DNA from: an uncultured Gammaproteobacteria bacterium
Lineage (GTDB): Bacteria > Patescibacteriota > Microgenomatia > Levybacterales > UBA12049
Direction of reading: 5' to 3'
Assembly: GCA_964521295.1 (NCBI GenBank)
Contig: CAZFRF010000001.1
Coordinates: 529,865-575,015 of the forward strand
DNA length: 45,151 nt
Positions 28,126 to 37,978 of the stretch are shown here, one piece after another (position 1 is the stretch's first letter; every line of letters begins with the position of its first letter). A program made the translations under genes and the position numbers. The notes beneath the pieces are model-generated. The model was not told where the DNA came from. It saw only the letters and a list, made by a program, of their open reading frames with translations, and searched no databases.

Positions 28126-29408
28126 TTCGAGTATCCTTCGTAATTACGCATAACAAGCTGAGCTTCTATTGATTTAATGGTTTCCAAAACTACTGAAACA
28201 ACGATTAAAATTCCAGTTCCACCTAAGGCAAGATTTTGAATATTAGTAAATAATCTTGCAATTTCAGGAAAAATAGCGATAATACCTAAAAATAATGCTC
28301 CTGCTAAAGTAATCCTGGTTAAAATATAATTTAAATAATTTGCAGTAGGGGTACCAGGTCGTATTCCAGGAATAAAACCGCCATATTTTTGAATTTCATC
28401 AGCAATTTTTTTAGGATTAAACACAACTGCTGTATAAAAATAAGTAAAGCCAACAACTAATATAAAATAAACAAAGTTATATAAAAAACTCGTTGGACTA
28501 AACCAAACAGTAACACTAGTACCAATTGCATGTAATATATCATTCTTTGATACTGTTAGATAATTGGCAACTAAAGTTGGAAGGAGTACTAAGGAAACTG
28601 CAAAAATAATTGGTATAACTCCAGCCTGATTAAGTCTCAAAGGTAAATGGGTTGACTGACCTCCGTACATCTTATTTCCTCTAACTCTTTTTGCGTAATA
28701 TACAGTAATTTGGCGCGTTGCCTCATTAATTAAGACAATAGAGGCAATAACCCCAATTCCAATTACTAAGAAAACAATGACATTGAAAAAGTTTTGCGAA
28801 TTTACAGTTGACGCAGTTTGCGAGAAAACAACGGGAAGCCTAGAAACAATTCCTGCAAAGATTAACAAGGAAATTCCATTACCAACTCCTCTTTCGGTTA
28901 TTAACTCTCCCATCCATACCAAAAGCATTGTTCCAGCAACCATAGTAATAATTAAAGAAATTAAACTAAAAATAGATAAATTAGAAATTATCCCTTGGTT
29001 TCTAAGCAAAGCGTACATTCCGATTGCCTGAAGAGCTGCTAAAGGCACTGTAATCATCCTGGTATATTGATTTATCTTTTGCCTACCTGCTTCTCCCTCT
29101 TTTTGCAATGCTTCTAATTTAGGGAAGATCATTGACAAGAGCTGTAAAATAATCGAAGCGTTGATGTACGGATTAAGACCTAATGCCATGACAGAAAAAT
29201 TAGCTAAAGTTCCTCCTGAAAAAACATCAAGCAAGGCTAAAAATTGATTAGATGCAAATAATGATTGAAGTTGGGCTACATTAACACCTGCAACGGGGAT
29301 ATGGGCAAATACTCTAGCAACTACAAAAATAAAAAGTGTAAACAGGATTTTTTTCCTAACATCTGATGATTTGATGCTATTTCGAAATACAGATAAAATT
29401 CTTTCCAT
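28122..29408 (-). CDS. secY: preprotein translocase subunit SecY
   Basis: 428 aa, 10-TM-type protein. [41 protein letters not shown]. Confidence 0.95.
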   Translation of the reverse strand: MERILSVFRNSIKSSDVRKKILFTLFIFVVARVFAHIPVAGVNVAQLQSLFASNQFLALLDVFSGGTLANFSVMALGLNPYINASIILQLLSMIFPKLEALQKEGEAGRQKINQYTRMITVPLAALQAIGMYALLRNQGIISNLSIFSLISLIITMVAGTMLLVWMGELITERGVGNGISLLIFAGIVSRLPVVFSQTASTVNSQNFFNVIVFLVIGIGVIASIVLINEATRQITVYYAKRVRGNKMYGGQSTHLPLRLNQAGVIPIIFAVSLVLLPTLVANYLTVSKNDILHAIGTSVTVWFSPTSFLYNFVYFILVVGFTYFYTAVVFNPKKIADEIQKYGGFIPGIRPGTPTANYLNYILTRITLAGALFLGIIAIFPEIARLFTNIQNLALGGTGILIVVSVVLETIKSIEAQLVMRNYEGYSK

Positions 29409-29412
29409 TCTT

Positions 29413-29850
29413 TTACTCTATTTTTCCGCCAGCTTTTTCGATCTTTTGTGCAGCTTTTTTGGAAATAGGTAATTTAATTATATATGATTTTGTGATTTTT
29501 CCATCACCCAAAATTTTTACTCCATACTCTTTAGCATCAGATTCCTTAACAATCTTAGCTGCTACTAAAGCATTTACATCAACTACTGCTCCTTCTTTTA
29601 ATACTTCAAGAAATTTAAGATTAACGATTACTGGAGATTTTCTATATGAATTGTTTTTATCTTTTCCTCTTCTAAACGGAAGTCTTTTGATAAGAGGTAA
29701 TGCTCCACCTTCAAAAGATAAAGCTCTACTACTTCTAGCATTTTGGCCCTTAGTTCCTCTTCCAGAAGTCTTTACCCTACCAGAACCATGACCTTGTCCA
29801 AGTCTTCTTTTTTTATTCTTAATTGTTTTACTTAAACTATGTAATTTCAT
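29413..29850 (-). CDS. rplO: 50S ribosomal protein L15
   Basis: 145 aa. [35 protein letters not shown]. Confidence 0.93.
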   Translation of the reverse strand: MKLHSLSKTIKNKKRRLGQGHGSGRVKTSGRGTKGQNARSSRALSFEGGALPLIKRLPFRRGKDKNNSYRKSPVIVNLKFLEVLKEGAVVDVNALVAAKIVKESDAKEYGVKILGDGKITKSYIIKLPISKKAAQKIEKAGGKIE

Positions 29851-30356
29851 TATTTTTTACCCTTTCTTAAAACCTCTTCTCTTTTGTATCTTGCAGCAAG
29901 TCTTTTAAGAGCTTCCATAGTACCATAAACGTTACTTGATTTGTTATTTGTACCAAGCACTTTTGATGAAATATTCTGGATTCCAGCTAAGGAAACAACA
30001 CTCCTAACTGCTCCTCCGGCGATAACACCACTACCTACTGGTGCTGGTTTTAATAAAATCTTTGCTGCACCCAACTTAACATATACTTCAAATGGAATTG
30101 TTCCATTAATAATTGGGACTGCTATTGCATGTTTTTTAGCAAGACTTACGCCTTTTTTCATAGCCAGAGATACGTCTCCAGCTTTACCAAGACCAACTCC
30201 AACTTTTCCGTTTTTATCTCCTACAACCATTAGAACTGAAAAGCCAATTTTATTTCCACCCTTGGTTTTCTTAGAAACTCTGTTTACTTGAACAATTTTT
30301 TCTTCAAATCCATCTGCTGATGGTTGCATTTCAAATTTTTTAAAATTTCTATCCAT
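29850..30356 (-). CDS. rpsE: 30S ribosomal protein S5
   Basis: 168 aa. VQVNRVSKKTKGG, VGLGKAGDVSLAMKKG. The stop overlaps the rplO start by 1 nt (TAATG). Confidence 0.95.
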   Translation of the reverse strand: MDRNFKKFEMQPSADGFEEKIVQVNRVSKKTKGGNKIGFSVLMVVGDKNGKVGVGLGKAGDVSLAMKKGVSLAKKHAIAVPIINGTIPFEVYVKLGAAKILLKPAPVGSGVIAGGAVRSVVSLAGIQNISSKVLGTNNKSSNVYGTMEALKRLAARYKREEVLRKGKK

Positions 30357-30357
30357 A

Positions 30358-30696
30358 TTAGAACTTAAGTCCTCCTTCTCTTGCGCCTTCTGCTAATGCT
30401 TTTACTCTACCATGATATTTATACGAACCTCTATCAAAAACTACTTCAGAGATTTTTTTTGCTAATGCTTTTTTAGCTAAAACTTTACCCAATTCTTTAG
30501 CTTTTTCTGTCTTATTTGTCTTAACAGTTATCTCCGACTCAGATACGCTAACAACTGTATGCGCTTTATTATCATCAATAATTTGAGCATAAATAAATTG
30601 ATTAGATCTAAAAACTGAAAGCCTGGGTCTTTCAATATTAGCTCTGACTTTTGCCCTAACTCTATTTTGTCTTGAAACTGTTTGTACTGTTTTCAT
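30358..30696 (-). CDS. rplR: 50S ribosomal protein L18
   Basis: I prefer the ATG at 30696 (MKTVQTV...), 9 nt after GGAG. The track's upstream GTG at 30714 lies inside rpl[25 protein letters not shown]. Confidence 0.92.
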   Translation of the reverse strand: MKTVQTVSRQNRVRAKVRANIERPRLSVFRSNQFIYAQIIDDNKAHTVVSVSESEITVKTNKTEKAKELGKVLAKKALAKKISEVVFDRGSYKYHGRVKALAEGAREGGLKF

Positions 30697-30697
30697 A

Positions 30698-31258
30698 TTA
30701 TTTAGCTCCTGCACCAGCTACGGCCTTAGCTGCCTTTCCAACTTTTCTTCTAATTCTTTCACCTACATATTTTATTCCTTTTCCTTTATATGGTTCAGGT
30801 GGTCTAATTGCTCTAATTCTAGCTGCTGTATCTCCAACGACAACCTTGTCCATACCCATAACGGTAATTACGCTTTCTTCAACTTTAAAAGTAATTCCAG
30901 GCTTACCCTTGATAACAACTGGATGAGAAAAACCTAAAGATAAATTTAATGTGTCTCCTGATCCAGATGCTCTATAACCAACTCCAGTTAATTCAAGTTT
31001 TGTTTCAAAACCATCAGTTACACCTTTAACAAAGTTAGCAATTGTTGCTCTGGTTAAGCCAAAAAGTGCACTTGTAAGCTTATCATTTTCTTTAACTTGA
31101 CCAACAACCAACTTGCCTTCAATTTGTTCTACTTTAATTCCTGCTGGAATCTTAAAGGACATTGTTCCCTTTGGTCCATTAACGTTAATTATGCCATTTT
31201 CAATGGTTATATTAACTCCTGGCTTAATAACAATAGGCATTTTACCAATTTTACTCAT
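30698..31258 (-). CDS. rplF: 50S ribosomal protein L6
   Basis: I prefer the ATG at 31258 ([15 protein letters not shown]), which matches the usual L6 N-terminus. The track's TTG at 31267 overlaps rps[12 protein letters not shown]. Confidence 0.92.
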   Translation of the reverse strand: MSKIGKMPIVIKPGVNITIENGIINVNGPKGTMSFKIPAGIKVEQIEGKLVVGQVKENDKLTSALFGLTRATIANFVKGVTDGFETKLELTGVGYRASGSGDTLNLSLGFSHPVVIKGKPGITFKVEESVITVMGMDKVVVGDTAARIRAIRPPEPYKGKGIKYVGERIRRKVGKAAKAVAGAGAK

Positions 31259-31260
31259 GT

Positions 31261-31653
31261 TTACCAAATCGCGAAGAGAACCTCTCCGCCGACTCCTTTC
31301 TTATTTGCCTCATATGAACTCATAACGCCTTGACTTGTTGAAACAATAACTGTTCTTTTGCCTCTTTTTCTTATCTCCATAATCTTGGCAACTGATGCGT
31401 ACACTCTTAATGATGGCTTAGAAATAACCATAACATCTGTTAAAACAGGAATTCTGTTTTGATATTTAATAGCAGCTCTTAATTGCTTCTTGCCCTCAAC
31501 TTCTTCCTCTTTAATATTTTCTAGGAATCCTTCTTTAACCAAAACTCTTCCTATTTCCTTATTAATTTTTGAATAAGGAAGAACTACTTCTTTTCTTTTT
31601 GCAATTGCGCTATTTTTAACTCTTATAATAAAATCTGAAACTAAATGATTCAT
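31261..31653 (-). CDS. rpsH: 30S ribosomal protein S8
   Basis: 130 aa. DFIIRVKNS, STSQGVMS, GGEVLFAIW. Confidence 0.95.
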   Translation of the reverse strand: MNHLVSDFIIRVKNSAIAKRKEVVLPYSKINKEIGRVLVKEGFLENIKEEEVEGKKQLRAAIKYQNRIPVLTDVMVISKPSLRVYASVAKIMEIRKRGKRTVIVSTSQGVMSSYEANKKGVGGEVLFAIW

Positions 31654-31659
31654 ATATTT

Positions 31660-31845
31660 TTACCAAGTAGATTTTACTACTCCTGGTAATTCTCCTTTCT
31701 GTGCAAGTTCTCTAAAACAAATTCTACAAATACCAAATCTTCTCATATATGCTCTTGATCTTCCACAGATTCCACAAATATTCTTTTCTCTTGAAGAGAA
31801 TTTTTGTTTTTTATTAAATTTTACTACGTTTGATTTCTTTGCCAT
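31660..31845 (-). CDS. rpsN: 30S ribosomal protein S14, type Z (zinc-binding, 61 aa)
   Basis: [35 protein letters not shown]. Confidence 0.95.
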   Translation of the reverse strand: MAKKSNVVKFNKKQKFSSREKNICGICGRSRAYMRRFGICRICFRELAQKGELPGVVKSTW

Positions 31846-31846
31846 A

Positions 31847-32389
31847 TTATTTTACAAAAGGCATTCCCAGTGCCCTTAAGAGCTCCAATCCTTGTTCGTT
31901 TGTTTTCGCTGTTGTAATAACTGAAATTTCTAAACCTTGTGGTCTATCAATTTTACTTGGATCTATTTCTGGAAAAACAGATGCTTCAGCAAATCCCAAT
32001 GTATAATTTCCTCTACCATCAAAACTGGTTGTTTTTACCCCATGGAAATCTCTAAGTCTTGGAAAAACAATTGATGTTAACTTCTGATAAAAATCATACA
32101 TTCTTTTTCCTCTTAATGTAACTGTTAATCCAACCTGATCTCCCTCTCTAACCTTAAAAGATGCAATAGATTTTTTGGCTTTATTTACTCTTGGTTTTTG
32201 ACCAGTAATCTGTATTAAAACCTCTGCTGATTTTTCAATATTTTTCTTATCTACTACTGCGTCTTTTACACCCATATTAATAACTATTTTAGAAAGTCTT
32301 GGTATATCATGAACATTTTTAATACCAAACTTTTCTTTTAAAGTCTTAATAATTTCTTTATTAAATTTTTCCTGTAATGTGTTTGTCAT
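31847..32389 (-). CDS. rplE: 50S ribosomal protein L5
   Basis: 180 aa. [17 protein letters not shown]. Conserved spc-operon position. Confidence 0.95.
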   Translation of the reverse strand: MTNTLQEKFNKEIIKTLKEKFGIKNVHDIPRLSKIVINMGVKDAVVDKKNIEKSAEVLIQITGQKPRVNKAKKSIASFKVREGDQVGLTVTLRGKRMYDFYQKLTSIVFPRLRDFHGVKTTSFDGRGNYTLGFAEASVFPEIDPSKIDRPQGLEISVITTAKTNEQGLELLRALGMPFVK

Positions 32390-32391
32390 AA

Positions 32392-32697
32392 TTAAATTTC
32401 AGAGTTACAGCTTCTACAAACTCTATATTTTACACTTTTTTCGATTTTATATCCAATCCTTGATGTTTGTTTACATTTTGGACAAACAAAAGCAACGCTT
32501 GCTTCAGCTAATGGCTTAGTTAAAGTAACTATCTCTGAAGGCTGAGTTTGTGATCTTGCCTTCAAATGTCTTTTAAATTGATTAACTTCTGCGATTAACA
32601 CTTTATTTTCTTTTGGTAAAACTTGTTCAATCTTTCCGGTTTTACCTTTATCTTTGCCTTTTATAATTTTAACGCTGTCGCCTTTTTTTAATTTCAT
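32392..32697 (-). CDS. rplX: 50S ribosomal protein L24 (KOW) with a Cys4 zinc-ribbon C-terminus
   Basis: 101 aa. KKGDSVKIIKGKDKGKTGKI, then CPKC...CRSC. Confidence 0.93.
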   Translation of the reverse strand: MKLKKGDSVKIIKGKDKGKTGKIEQVLPKENKVLIAEVNQFKRHLKARSQTQPSEIVTLTKPLAEASVAFVCPKCKQTSRIGYKIEKSVKYRVCRSCNSEI

Positions 32698-32698
32698 A

Positions 32699-33073
32699 TT
32701 AAACTACCTCCACTGCCATACTAGCAATTTTTGTAAATCCCGCATCTCTAACTTCTCTAGCAATTGGTCCAAAGATTCTAGTACCTCTTGGATTCTTATC
32801 TTCTGCGGTATCAATTAAAACTCCTGCATTTTCAGAAAATCTAACATATGATCCATCTTTTCTTTGATGCTCCTTGTGAGATCTTACTAATACTACTTTT
32901 ACGATTTCTCCAGCTTTAACCTGACCTGTTGGCAAAGCTTGCTTAACAACACAATTTAATACATCTCCAAGATAACCAAACTTTCTCTTGTGTCCTCCAA
33001 AAACATGGATAACCTGTAAAACCTTAGCTCCAGTATTATCTGCTACTTTTAACATTGTTCTATGTTGAATCAT
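32699..33073 (-). CDS. rplN: 50S ribosomal protein L14
   Basis: [17 protein letters not shown] closely matches the E. coli L14 N-terminus. Confidence 0.96.
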   Translation of the reverse strand: MIQHRTMLKVADNTGAKVLQVIHVFGGHKRKFGYLGDVLNCVVKQALPTGQVKAGEIVKVVLVRSHKEHQRKDGSYVRFSENAGVLIDTAEDKNPRGTRIFGPIAREVRDAGFTKIASMAVEVV

Positions 33074-33074
33074 A

Positions 33075-33308
33075 TTATTTAATTACCTCCAAAACTTTAA
33101 AAAACTTATCTTTCGATACTGGCTTGATTGAACCAATTTTTACTCTATCTCCAACGTTTATTTCCATACCTGCTGATTCTGCTTTGTATTTTTTACTTTT
33201 TTTAATAAGTTTTTTATACAAAGGATGAGCAACTCTTCTAGTTACTTCAACTACAACAGTGTTGGTCATTTTATTTGAAACAACTACGCCATTAAGAATT
33301 TTTTGCAT
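33075..33308 (-). CDS. rpsQ: 30S ribosomal protein S17
   Basis: 77 aa. [22 protein letters not shown]. Overlaps the rpmC 3' end by 17 nt. Confidence 0.93.
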   Translation of the reverse strand: MQKILNGVVVSNKMTNTVVVEVTRRVAHPLYKKLIKKSKKYKAESAGMEINVGDRVKIGSIKPVSKDKFFKVLEVIK

Positions 33309-33507
33309 TTGACAACTCCTTTTCTTTTAAAGATGTTAATATTAAAGAAATTTCTTTTCTTTTCCAAAATATTGATCTTGTATTTTTTAATTTATTTTGT
33401 GATAAATCCATTTTCAAATTAAAAAGCGCTTCTCTTGCCTCAGCTAAGAGCTTTCTTAACTCTGTCTCACTTTTTGTAAAATAATCTTTTCTATCTTTAC
33501 TTTTCAT
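33292..33507 (-). CDS. rpmC: 50S ribosomal protein L29
   Basis: 71 aa helical protein (ELRKLLAEAREALFNLKM) in the conserved position between rplP and rpsQ. Confidence 0.9.
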   Translation of the reverse strand: MKSKDRKDYFTKSETELRKLLAEAREALFNLKMDLSQNKLKNTRSIFWKRKEISLILTSLKEKELSNAKNS

Positions 33508-33508
33508 A

Positions 33509-33919
33509 TTAGTTAACCTTACTTACAAATCTGGTTTTTACATTTAATTTATGTCCAGCGAGTCTTAATGCAGACTGAGCAACTTCCCTTGATACTCCAC
33601 CCATTTCAAATAAAACTCTGCCAGGAGCAACAGGTGCTACGAATTCATAAACGTCACCTTTACCTGAACCCATTCTAACTTCTGCAGGTTTTTTAGTAAT
33701 TGGTTTATCTGGAAAAATTCTAATCCAAATACGTCCACCCCTTTGGGTATAATGAGTAATTGCACGTCTTGCTGATTCGATTTGTCTTGATGTTACCCAA
33801 GCTGTTCCTTGTGCGACTAAGCCAAAATCTCCGAAAGAAATTGTCGTACCTCTATAGGCGTTTCCCTTCATTCTGTTTCTCATTTGTTTTCTAAATTTTT
33901 GTCTTTTTGGCGCTAACAT
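33509..33919 (-). CDS. rplP: 50S ribosomal protein L16
   Basis: [34 protein letters not shown]. Confidence 0.96.
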   Translation of the reverse strand: MLAPKRQKFRKQMRNRMKGNAYRGTTISFGDFGLVAQGTAWVTSRQIESARRAITHYTQRGGRIWIRIFPDKPITKKPAEVRMGSGKGDVYEFVAPVAPGRVLFEMGGVSREVAQSALRLAGHKLNVKTRFVSKVN

Positions 33920-33922
33920 AGT

Positions 33923-34564
33923 TTATTTTTCTTCTCCTTTATTAATCCAAACTTTTACTCCGATATAACCTTTCTTGGTTAAAGCGGGAGATGATGCATA
34001 ATCAATATTTTCTCTAATAGTTGATAATGGAACTGTACCTTGCTGCATCTTTTCTCTTCTGCCAATTTCTGCTCCGCCAATTCTTCCTGACAAAACAATT
34101 CTTACTCCCTTAGCGCCACTGGTCATTACTTTTTCTACAGTTGATTTCATAACTCTTTTTGCTGGAAGCCTTCTAATCAATTGATCAGCGATGTTTCTAG
34201 CAACTAAATAAGCATCTAAATTAGGATTTTTGATTGGCTCGACTCTAATATCAATTTTAAGTTGATTTTTACCAACTCTATTTAAAAGTTTAACTAAATA
34301 AACTTTTAATTCTTCAAGCCCAGTTCCACCCCTACCAATTACCATACCTGGTTTGGAAACATAAGCTGTAATCTTAAGATTATTAATACTTCTTTCGATT
34401 TCAATAGTAGAAATACCTGCTGGTCTTAATCTTTCCATCAGGGTCTTTCTAAGCTTATGATCTTCTAAAAGAGTCTTTTTATAATCTTTTTCAGCAAACC
34501 AAGTACTTGTCCAAGCTAAATTTGGTCCTAATCTTAATACTTTTGGATTAACTTTTTGTCCCAT
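33923..34564 (-). CDS. rpsC: 30S ribosomal protein S3
   Basis: MGQKVNP..LRLG and the KH domain GMVIGRGG. Confidence 0.96.
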   Translation of the reverse strand: MGQKVNPKVLRLGPNLAWTSTWFAEKDYKKTLLEDHKLRKTLMERLRPAGISTIEIERSINNLKITAYVSKPGMVIGRGGTGLEELKVYLVKLLNRVGKNQLKIDIRVEPIKNPNLDAYLVARNIADQLIRRLPAKRVMKSTVEKVMTSGAKGVRIVLSGRIGGAEIGRREKMQQGTVPLSTIRENIDYASSPALTKKGYIGVKVWINKGEEK

Positions 34565-34908
34565 TATTTAATTTCCTCCTTTGTTTTTAATACAATTCTA
34601 ATATGACTTCCTCTTCTTTTGTAGGGATGAACCCTACCCCTAGTTGACGGATGAAATCTTTTATATGAAGGCGCCTCATCAACTAAAATCTCTTTAATAA
34701 GTAAATCGTTCGCCTCAACTTTATTATTGTTCTTGGCATTTGCAACTGCACTTTGTAAAGTCTTAAATAATGATACTGCTCCTCTTTTATTTGAAGCTTC
34801 TAATGCCTCTAAGGCAGACATAACAGACATTGCTCTAACAGCATCTGCTACTAGTCTTACTTTTCTTGGCGCCACTCTAACTGATCTTGATATTGCTTGT
34901 ACTTCCAT
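34564..34908 (-). CDS. rplV: 50S ribosomal protein L22
   Basis: 114 aa. VRVAPRKVRLVADAVR, KRFHPSTRGRVHPYKRRGSHI. Confidence 0.95.
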   Translation of the reverse strand: MEVQAISRSVRVAPRKVRLVADAVRAMSVMSALEALEASNKRGAVSLFKTLQSAVANAKNNNKVEANDLLIKEILVDEAPSYKRFHPSTRGRVHPYKRRGSHIRIVLKTKEEIK

Positions 34909-34912
34909 AGTT

Positions 34913-35197
34913 TTATGTCTTACTTATTTCTCTTGCAACGACTCTTCCATGTGTTCTAAAGGTTCTAGTTGGAGAAAACTCTCCCAATCTATGCCCAACC
35001 ATACCCTCAGCAATAAAAACATTAATAAATACTTTTCCATTGTAAACGCCAAAAGTATGACCAACAAATTCTGGTGGAATTTGACATGCTCTATTCCACA
35101 CCTTAATTACAGATCTGTCACCAGATGCTTTTTGTGCATTAACTTTTTTAACAATTCTTGGATCTACGTATGGACCCTTTTTAGTACTTCTTGCCAT
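34913..35197 (-). CDS. rpsS: 30S ribosomal protein S19
   Basis: MARSTKKGPYVD, GHTFGVYNGK, GHRLGEFSPTR. Confidence 0.96.
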   Translation of the reverse strand: MARSTKKGPYVDPRIVKKVNAQKASGDRSVIKVWNRACQIPPEFVGHTFGVYNGKVFINVFIAEGMVGHRLGEFSPTRTFRTHGRVVAREISKT

Positions 35198-35940
35198 TAT
35201 TTTTTATTTCTCCTTTGTAAAATATACTTATTAGAATATTTCTTTGGTCTTCTGGTTTTACCTACTGCTTTTCTTCCCGCATAGGTTTTTGGTGTATTCA
35301 TACCAATACCAGATCTTCCTTCTCCTCCACCATGAGGATGTGATCTTGGATTCTGAGCTACTCCTCTCACAGTTGGCCTAATACCCATATGGATCTTAGT
35401 ACCTGCTTTTTTGAATACTCTGTTTTTCCAATCCAAATTTCCTAATGTACCAACTGTAGCATAGCCTTCTGCTAAGAATTTTCTAACTTCTCCTGATGGC
35501 ATTTTTACATGCGCAATCTTACCCTCTTTAGCTGCGACTACTGCTCCTACACCTGCGCCTCTTGCGATTTGCCCACCCCTACCTGGATTTATTTCAATGT
35601 TATGAATAAATGTTCCAACTGGAATAAGTCTTAAAGGTAATGCGTGTCCAGTTTTAATATCTGCTTTTTCGCCTGACATTATAACATCTTTTACCTTCAA
35701 ACCGTTAGGAGCTAAAATATATCTTTTTTCTCCATCACTATATTGTACTAAAGCAATGTCTACAGTTCTATTAGGATCATACTCTATAGCTACAACTTTA
35801 CCAACAACATTTCTTTTATCTCTCTTAAAATCAATAACCCTAACAAATCTTTTTTGTTGTCCACCTTGATGCCTAACGGAAACTTGTCCGCTTGCATCTC
35901 TTCCTGAATTCTTCTTTTTAATAAATTTCAATTTTTTCAT
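35197..35940 (-). CDS. rplB: 50S ribosomal protein L2
   Basis: I prefer the ATG at 35940 (MKKLKFIKKK), 1 nt after the rplW stop. The track's start at 36000 would overlap rplW by 59 nt. GRPTVRGVAQNPRSHPHGGGEG-type motif present. Confidence 0.93.
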   Translation of the reverse strand: MKKLKFIKKKNSGRDASGQVSVRHQGGQQKRFVRVIDFKRDKRNVVGKVVAIEYDPNRTVDIALVQYSDGEKRYILAPNGLKVKDVIMSGEKADIKTGHALPLRLIPVGTFIHNIEINPGRGGQIARGAGVGAVVAAKEGKIAHVKMPSGEVRKFLAEGYATVGTLGNLDWKNRVFKKAGTKIHMGIRPTVRGVAQNPRSHPHGGGEGRSGIGMNTPKTYAGRKAVGKTRRPKKYSNKYILQRRNKK

Positions 35941-35941
35941 A

Positions 35942-36232
35942 TTATTTCTGTGTTCCTGCATCAAAAAGCCCAATCGTTTGTCCTTTTTGCAAAGTAACAA
36001 TTGCTTTTTTAAAAGGCTGCAAATTTAATTCATTTCTTCTAACCCCTGCTCTCATACTCCTACCTTTTGTAATAACTGTTGAAACCTTAACAACATTCAC
36101 CTTAAATCTTTTTTCAATTTCAGCTTTAATTGTATTTTTATTTGCATCCATAGTTACTTTAAAAGTAAATCTACCCAAAGATGCATCTTTCATGGATTTT
36201 TCTGAAATTAATGCGTTTATTAAATTATTCAT
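35942..36232 (-). CDS. rplW: 50S ribosomal protein L23
   Basis: 96 aa. FKV..DANK..IK.EIEKRFKVNV..V.T. Conserved position. Confidence 0.92.
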   Translation of the reverse strand: MNNLINALISEKSMKDASLGRFTFKVTMDANKNTIKAEIEKRFKVNVVKVSTVITKGRSMRAGVRRNELNLQPFKKAIVTLQKGQTIGLFDAGTQK

Positions 36233-36989
36233 TTTTTCCTCCTAAAGCCTCTACTGCTTCTTTCATAAACAAGATATTTTTAGCTTTTAAGACTTCATAA
36301 GTATTCAAGACATTTGCACCTCTTACTTCAACGCCGGTGATATTTCTAGCTGCCTTAGTAACATTGTCAAATTCTCTACTTGCCTTTGGTGTAACTAGTA
36401 AAACCGTATTTTTCTTTTTATTTAAACCCAATACATTTAAAAGATTGGCAATATTTTTAGTTTTTGATTCAACCTTTACTAAACCTTTAACTACTATTAT
36501 CTCTCCGTCTTTTAATTTAGAAGACAAAGCGCTAGCTAAAGCACTTTTCTTTTGTTTTTGATTTAGTCTTAGGGAATAATCTCTTGGCTTAGGACCAAAA
36601 GCAATTCCTCCACCTACAAAAATTGGAGCAGATGCGGCACCATGTCTTGCCCTACCTGTTCCTTTTTGTCTATAAATTTTTCTAGTTGAAATATTAACTT
36701 CGCCTCTAGATTTAGTTTTTACTGTTCCTCTTCTTTGATTGAAAAGAAATACTCTAACAGCTTGAGTAATTAAGCTCTTGTTGACTTCTACCCCAAAGAT
36801 TTCTTTAGGCAAAGAAAAACTCTCAACTACTTTTCCTGTTAAATCATAAACGCTAAGTTTTAATCCAGTTTCCTTTGGTAATTCTTTAGCCTCAACTACC
36901 TTCTTAACAACAGGCTTAGCAGCTACTTTTTTAGGAGCTGCTTTTTTAACTTCTACTTTCTTAACTGGTTTTGTTTTAACTGTTGGCAT
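36225..36989 (-). CDS. rplD: 50S ribosomal protein L4 with a Lys/Val-rich N-terminal extension of about 40 aa
   Basis: 254 aa. QKGTGRARHGAASAPIFVGGGIAFGPKPRDY core, preceded by MPTVKTKPVKKVEVKKAAPKKVAAKPVVKKVV. Confidence 0.92.
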   Translation of the reverse strand: MPTVKTKPVKKVEVKKAAPKKVAAKPVVKKVVEAKELPKETGLKLSVYDLTGKVVESFSLPKEIFGVEVNKSLITQAVRVFLFNQRRGTVKTKSRGEVNISTRKIYRQKGTGRARHGAASAPIFVGGGIAFGPKPRDYSLRLNQKQKKSALASALSSKLKDGEIIVVKGLVKVESKTKNIANLLNVLGLNKKKNTVLLVTPKASREFDNVTKAARNITGVEVRGANVLNTYEVLKAKNILFMKEAVEALGGKNE

Positions 36990-37833
36990 TTTCTTCTCCT
37001 TCTTTTACTTCTTCTTTAACTTCTTCTACAGCTGGCGCTTCTTCACTGGTAGTAACTTCTGTAACTGGTGTCTCTTCGGCTAAAGTTTCTACAGCTACAG
37101 GCTCTTCAGCTTCTACAGCTACTTCTTCTACAACTGGCGCTTCAACTGTTTCCTCAACTACTGGCTCTTCTACTACTTCTTTATAAAGCGGAACAGCTTT
37201 CTTGTTTTTCCCAACTTTTTTAACAACTACAAAGCTACCTAAAATTCCTGGAACTAAACCCTTAATTAAAAGCATGCCATCACTGGTTACTTCAATAACT
37301 TCTAAATTCTTAAGAGTAACCATGTCTGAACCCATTCTACCAGCCATTTTTTTACCTTTATAAACCCTTCCGGGAGTAGTTGTTTGACCAACAGATCCAG
37401 GTGCTCTTTCTCTATCTCCTTGACCGTGAGTTCTTGGTCCCCCTCTAAATCCGTATCGTTTTACTCCACCGGCCCAACCCTTACCCTTAGATTTGCCAGT
37501 TACATCAACTACGTCTCCTGCTTCAAATATTTCAGCTACATTAATCTCTGAACCAAGAGTAAAACCTTCTAGACTTTCTACCTTAATTTCCTTTAAAAAA
37601 CGGGGTGTTTGTGTTAACCCCGCTTTCTTACTGTGATTTACTGTTCTTTTTTTGGCTTTCTTATTAATTCCAATTCCAAGTTGAATTGCATTATAGCCTT
37701 CTTTTTCTGTTGTTTTTATTTGTGAGACAAAATTTCCTGAGACAACCACTCCAGTTACTGGAACCCTAGTTCCATCCTGTAAAAAACCTGATTTTTGATA
37801 TGTTTTTTTACCTAAAAGCGATACTAATTCCAT
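36976..37833 (-). CDS. rplC: 50S ribosomal protein L3 with an acidic C-terminal extension of about 65 aa
   Basis: 285 aa. LLGKKTYQKSGF, GKGWAGGVKRYGFRGGPRTHG core. The tail is rich in E/V/A/P (EEPVVEETVEAPVVEEVAVEAEEP...). Confidence 0.93.
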   Translation of the reverse strand: MELVSLLGKKTYQKSGFLQDGTRVPVTGVVVSGNFVSQIKTTEKEGYNAIQLGIGINKKAKKRTVNHSKKAGLTQTPRFLKEIKVESLEGFTLGSEINVAEIFEAGDVVDVTGKSKGKGWAGGVKRYGFRGGPRTHGQGDRERAPGSVGQTTTPGRVYKGKKMAGRMGSDMVTLKNLEVIEVTSDGMLLIKGLVPGILGSFVVVKKVGKNKKAVPLYKEVVEEPVVEETVEAPVVEEVAVEAEEPVAVETLAEETPVTEVTTSEEAPAVEEVKEEVKEGEENANS

Positions 37834-37840
37834 ATTGTCT

Positions 37841-37875
37841 TACAAACAAAAAAAGCGACCACATAGTGTCGCTTT
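37841..37875 (-). terminator. intrinsic terminator within the rplC leader
   Basis: Minus strand AAAGCGAC (37875-37868), 8-nt loop, GTCGCTTT (37859-37852), followed by TTTTGTTTGT. The rplC ATG lies 18 nt after the stem. Confidence 0.6.
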
Positions 37876-37949
37876 ACATCTACAAACGTAGTTTGCGTGC
37901 TTCTATGTAGCTTTGATCACCTCCATTTGTTTGATCATTTGTAATCACA

Positions 37950-37978
37950 ATTATACCTAAGCTTGAGCCTAATTGCAA
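37950..37978 (-). promoter_or_regulatory. strong sigma70-type promoter for the rplC-led operon
   Basis: Minus strand TTGCAA (37978-37973), 17 nt spacer, TATAAT (37955-37950). Confidence 0.55.

Noticed and set aside
32392-32697. Cys4 zinc ribbon at the C-terminus of L24 as a possible novelty
   Set aside because: From memory, Thermus thermophilus L24 carries a similar CxxC...CxxC C-terminus. This is a known variant rather than a new feature. S14 (type Z) and L36 here are likewise the ordinary zinc-binding forms.
34727-35284. 185-aa plus-strand ORF antisense to rplV/rpsS/rplB
   Set aside because: Same reasoning: it overlaps three conserved r-protein genes, has no recognisable motif, and has no promoter or SD.
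35941-36000. N-terminal extensions of ORF-track calls (rplB to 36000, rplR to 30714, rplF to 31267, cytidylyltransferase to 6743, hup to 14826)
   Set aside because: The extensions start at GTG or TTG codons inside the preceding gene and add residues absent from orthologs. Downstream ATG or TTG starts fit the ortholog N-termini and the SD or overlap context better.
36983-37186. 67-aa Ser/Thr-rich plus-strand ORF
   Set aside because: It is antisense to the repetitive acidic tail of rplC, so it is a by-product of the GAA/GTA-rich repeats.
37915-37924. GATCACCTCC on the plus strand, identical to the 3' end of 16S rRNA; possible rRNA fragment
   Set aside because: Nothing else resembling 16S flanks it. 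On the transcribed (minus) strand it reads GGAGGTGATC, an SD-like element in the rplC leader. It is reported there instead.
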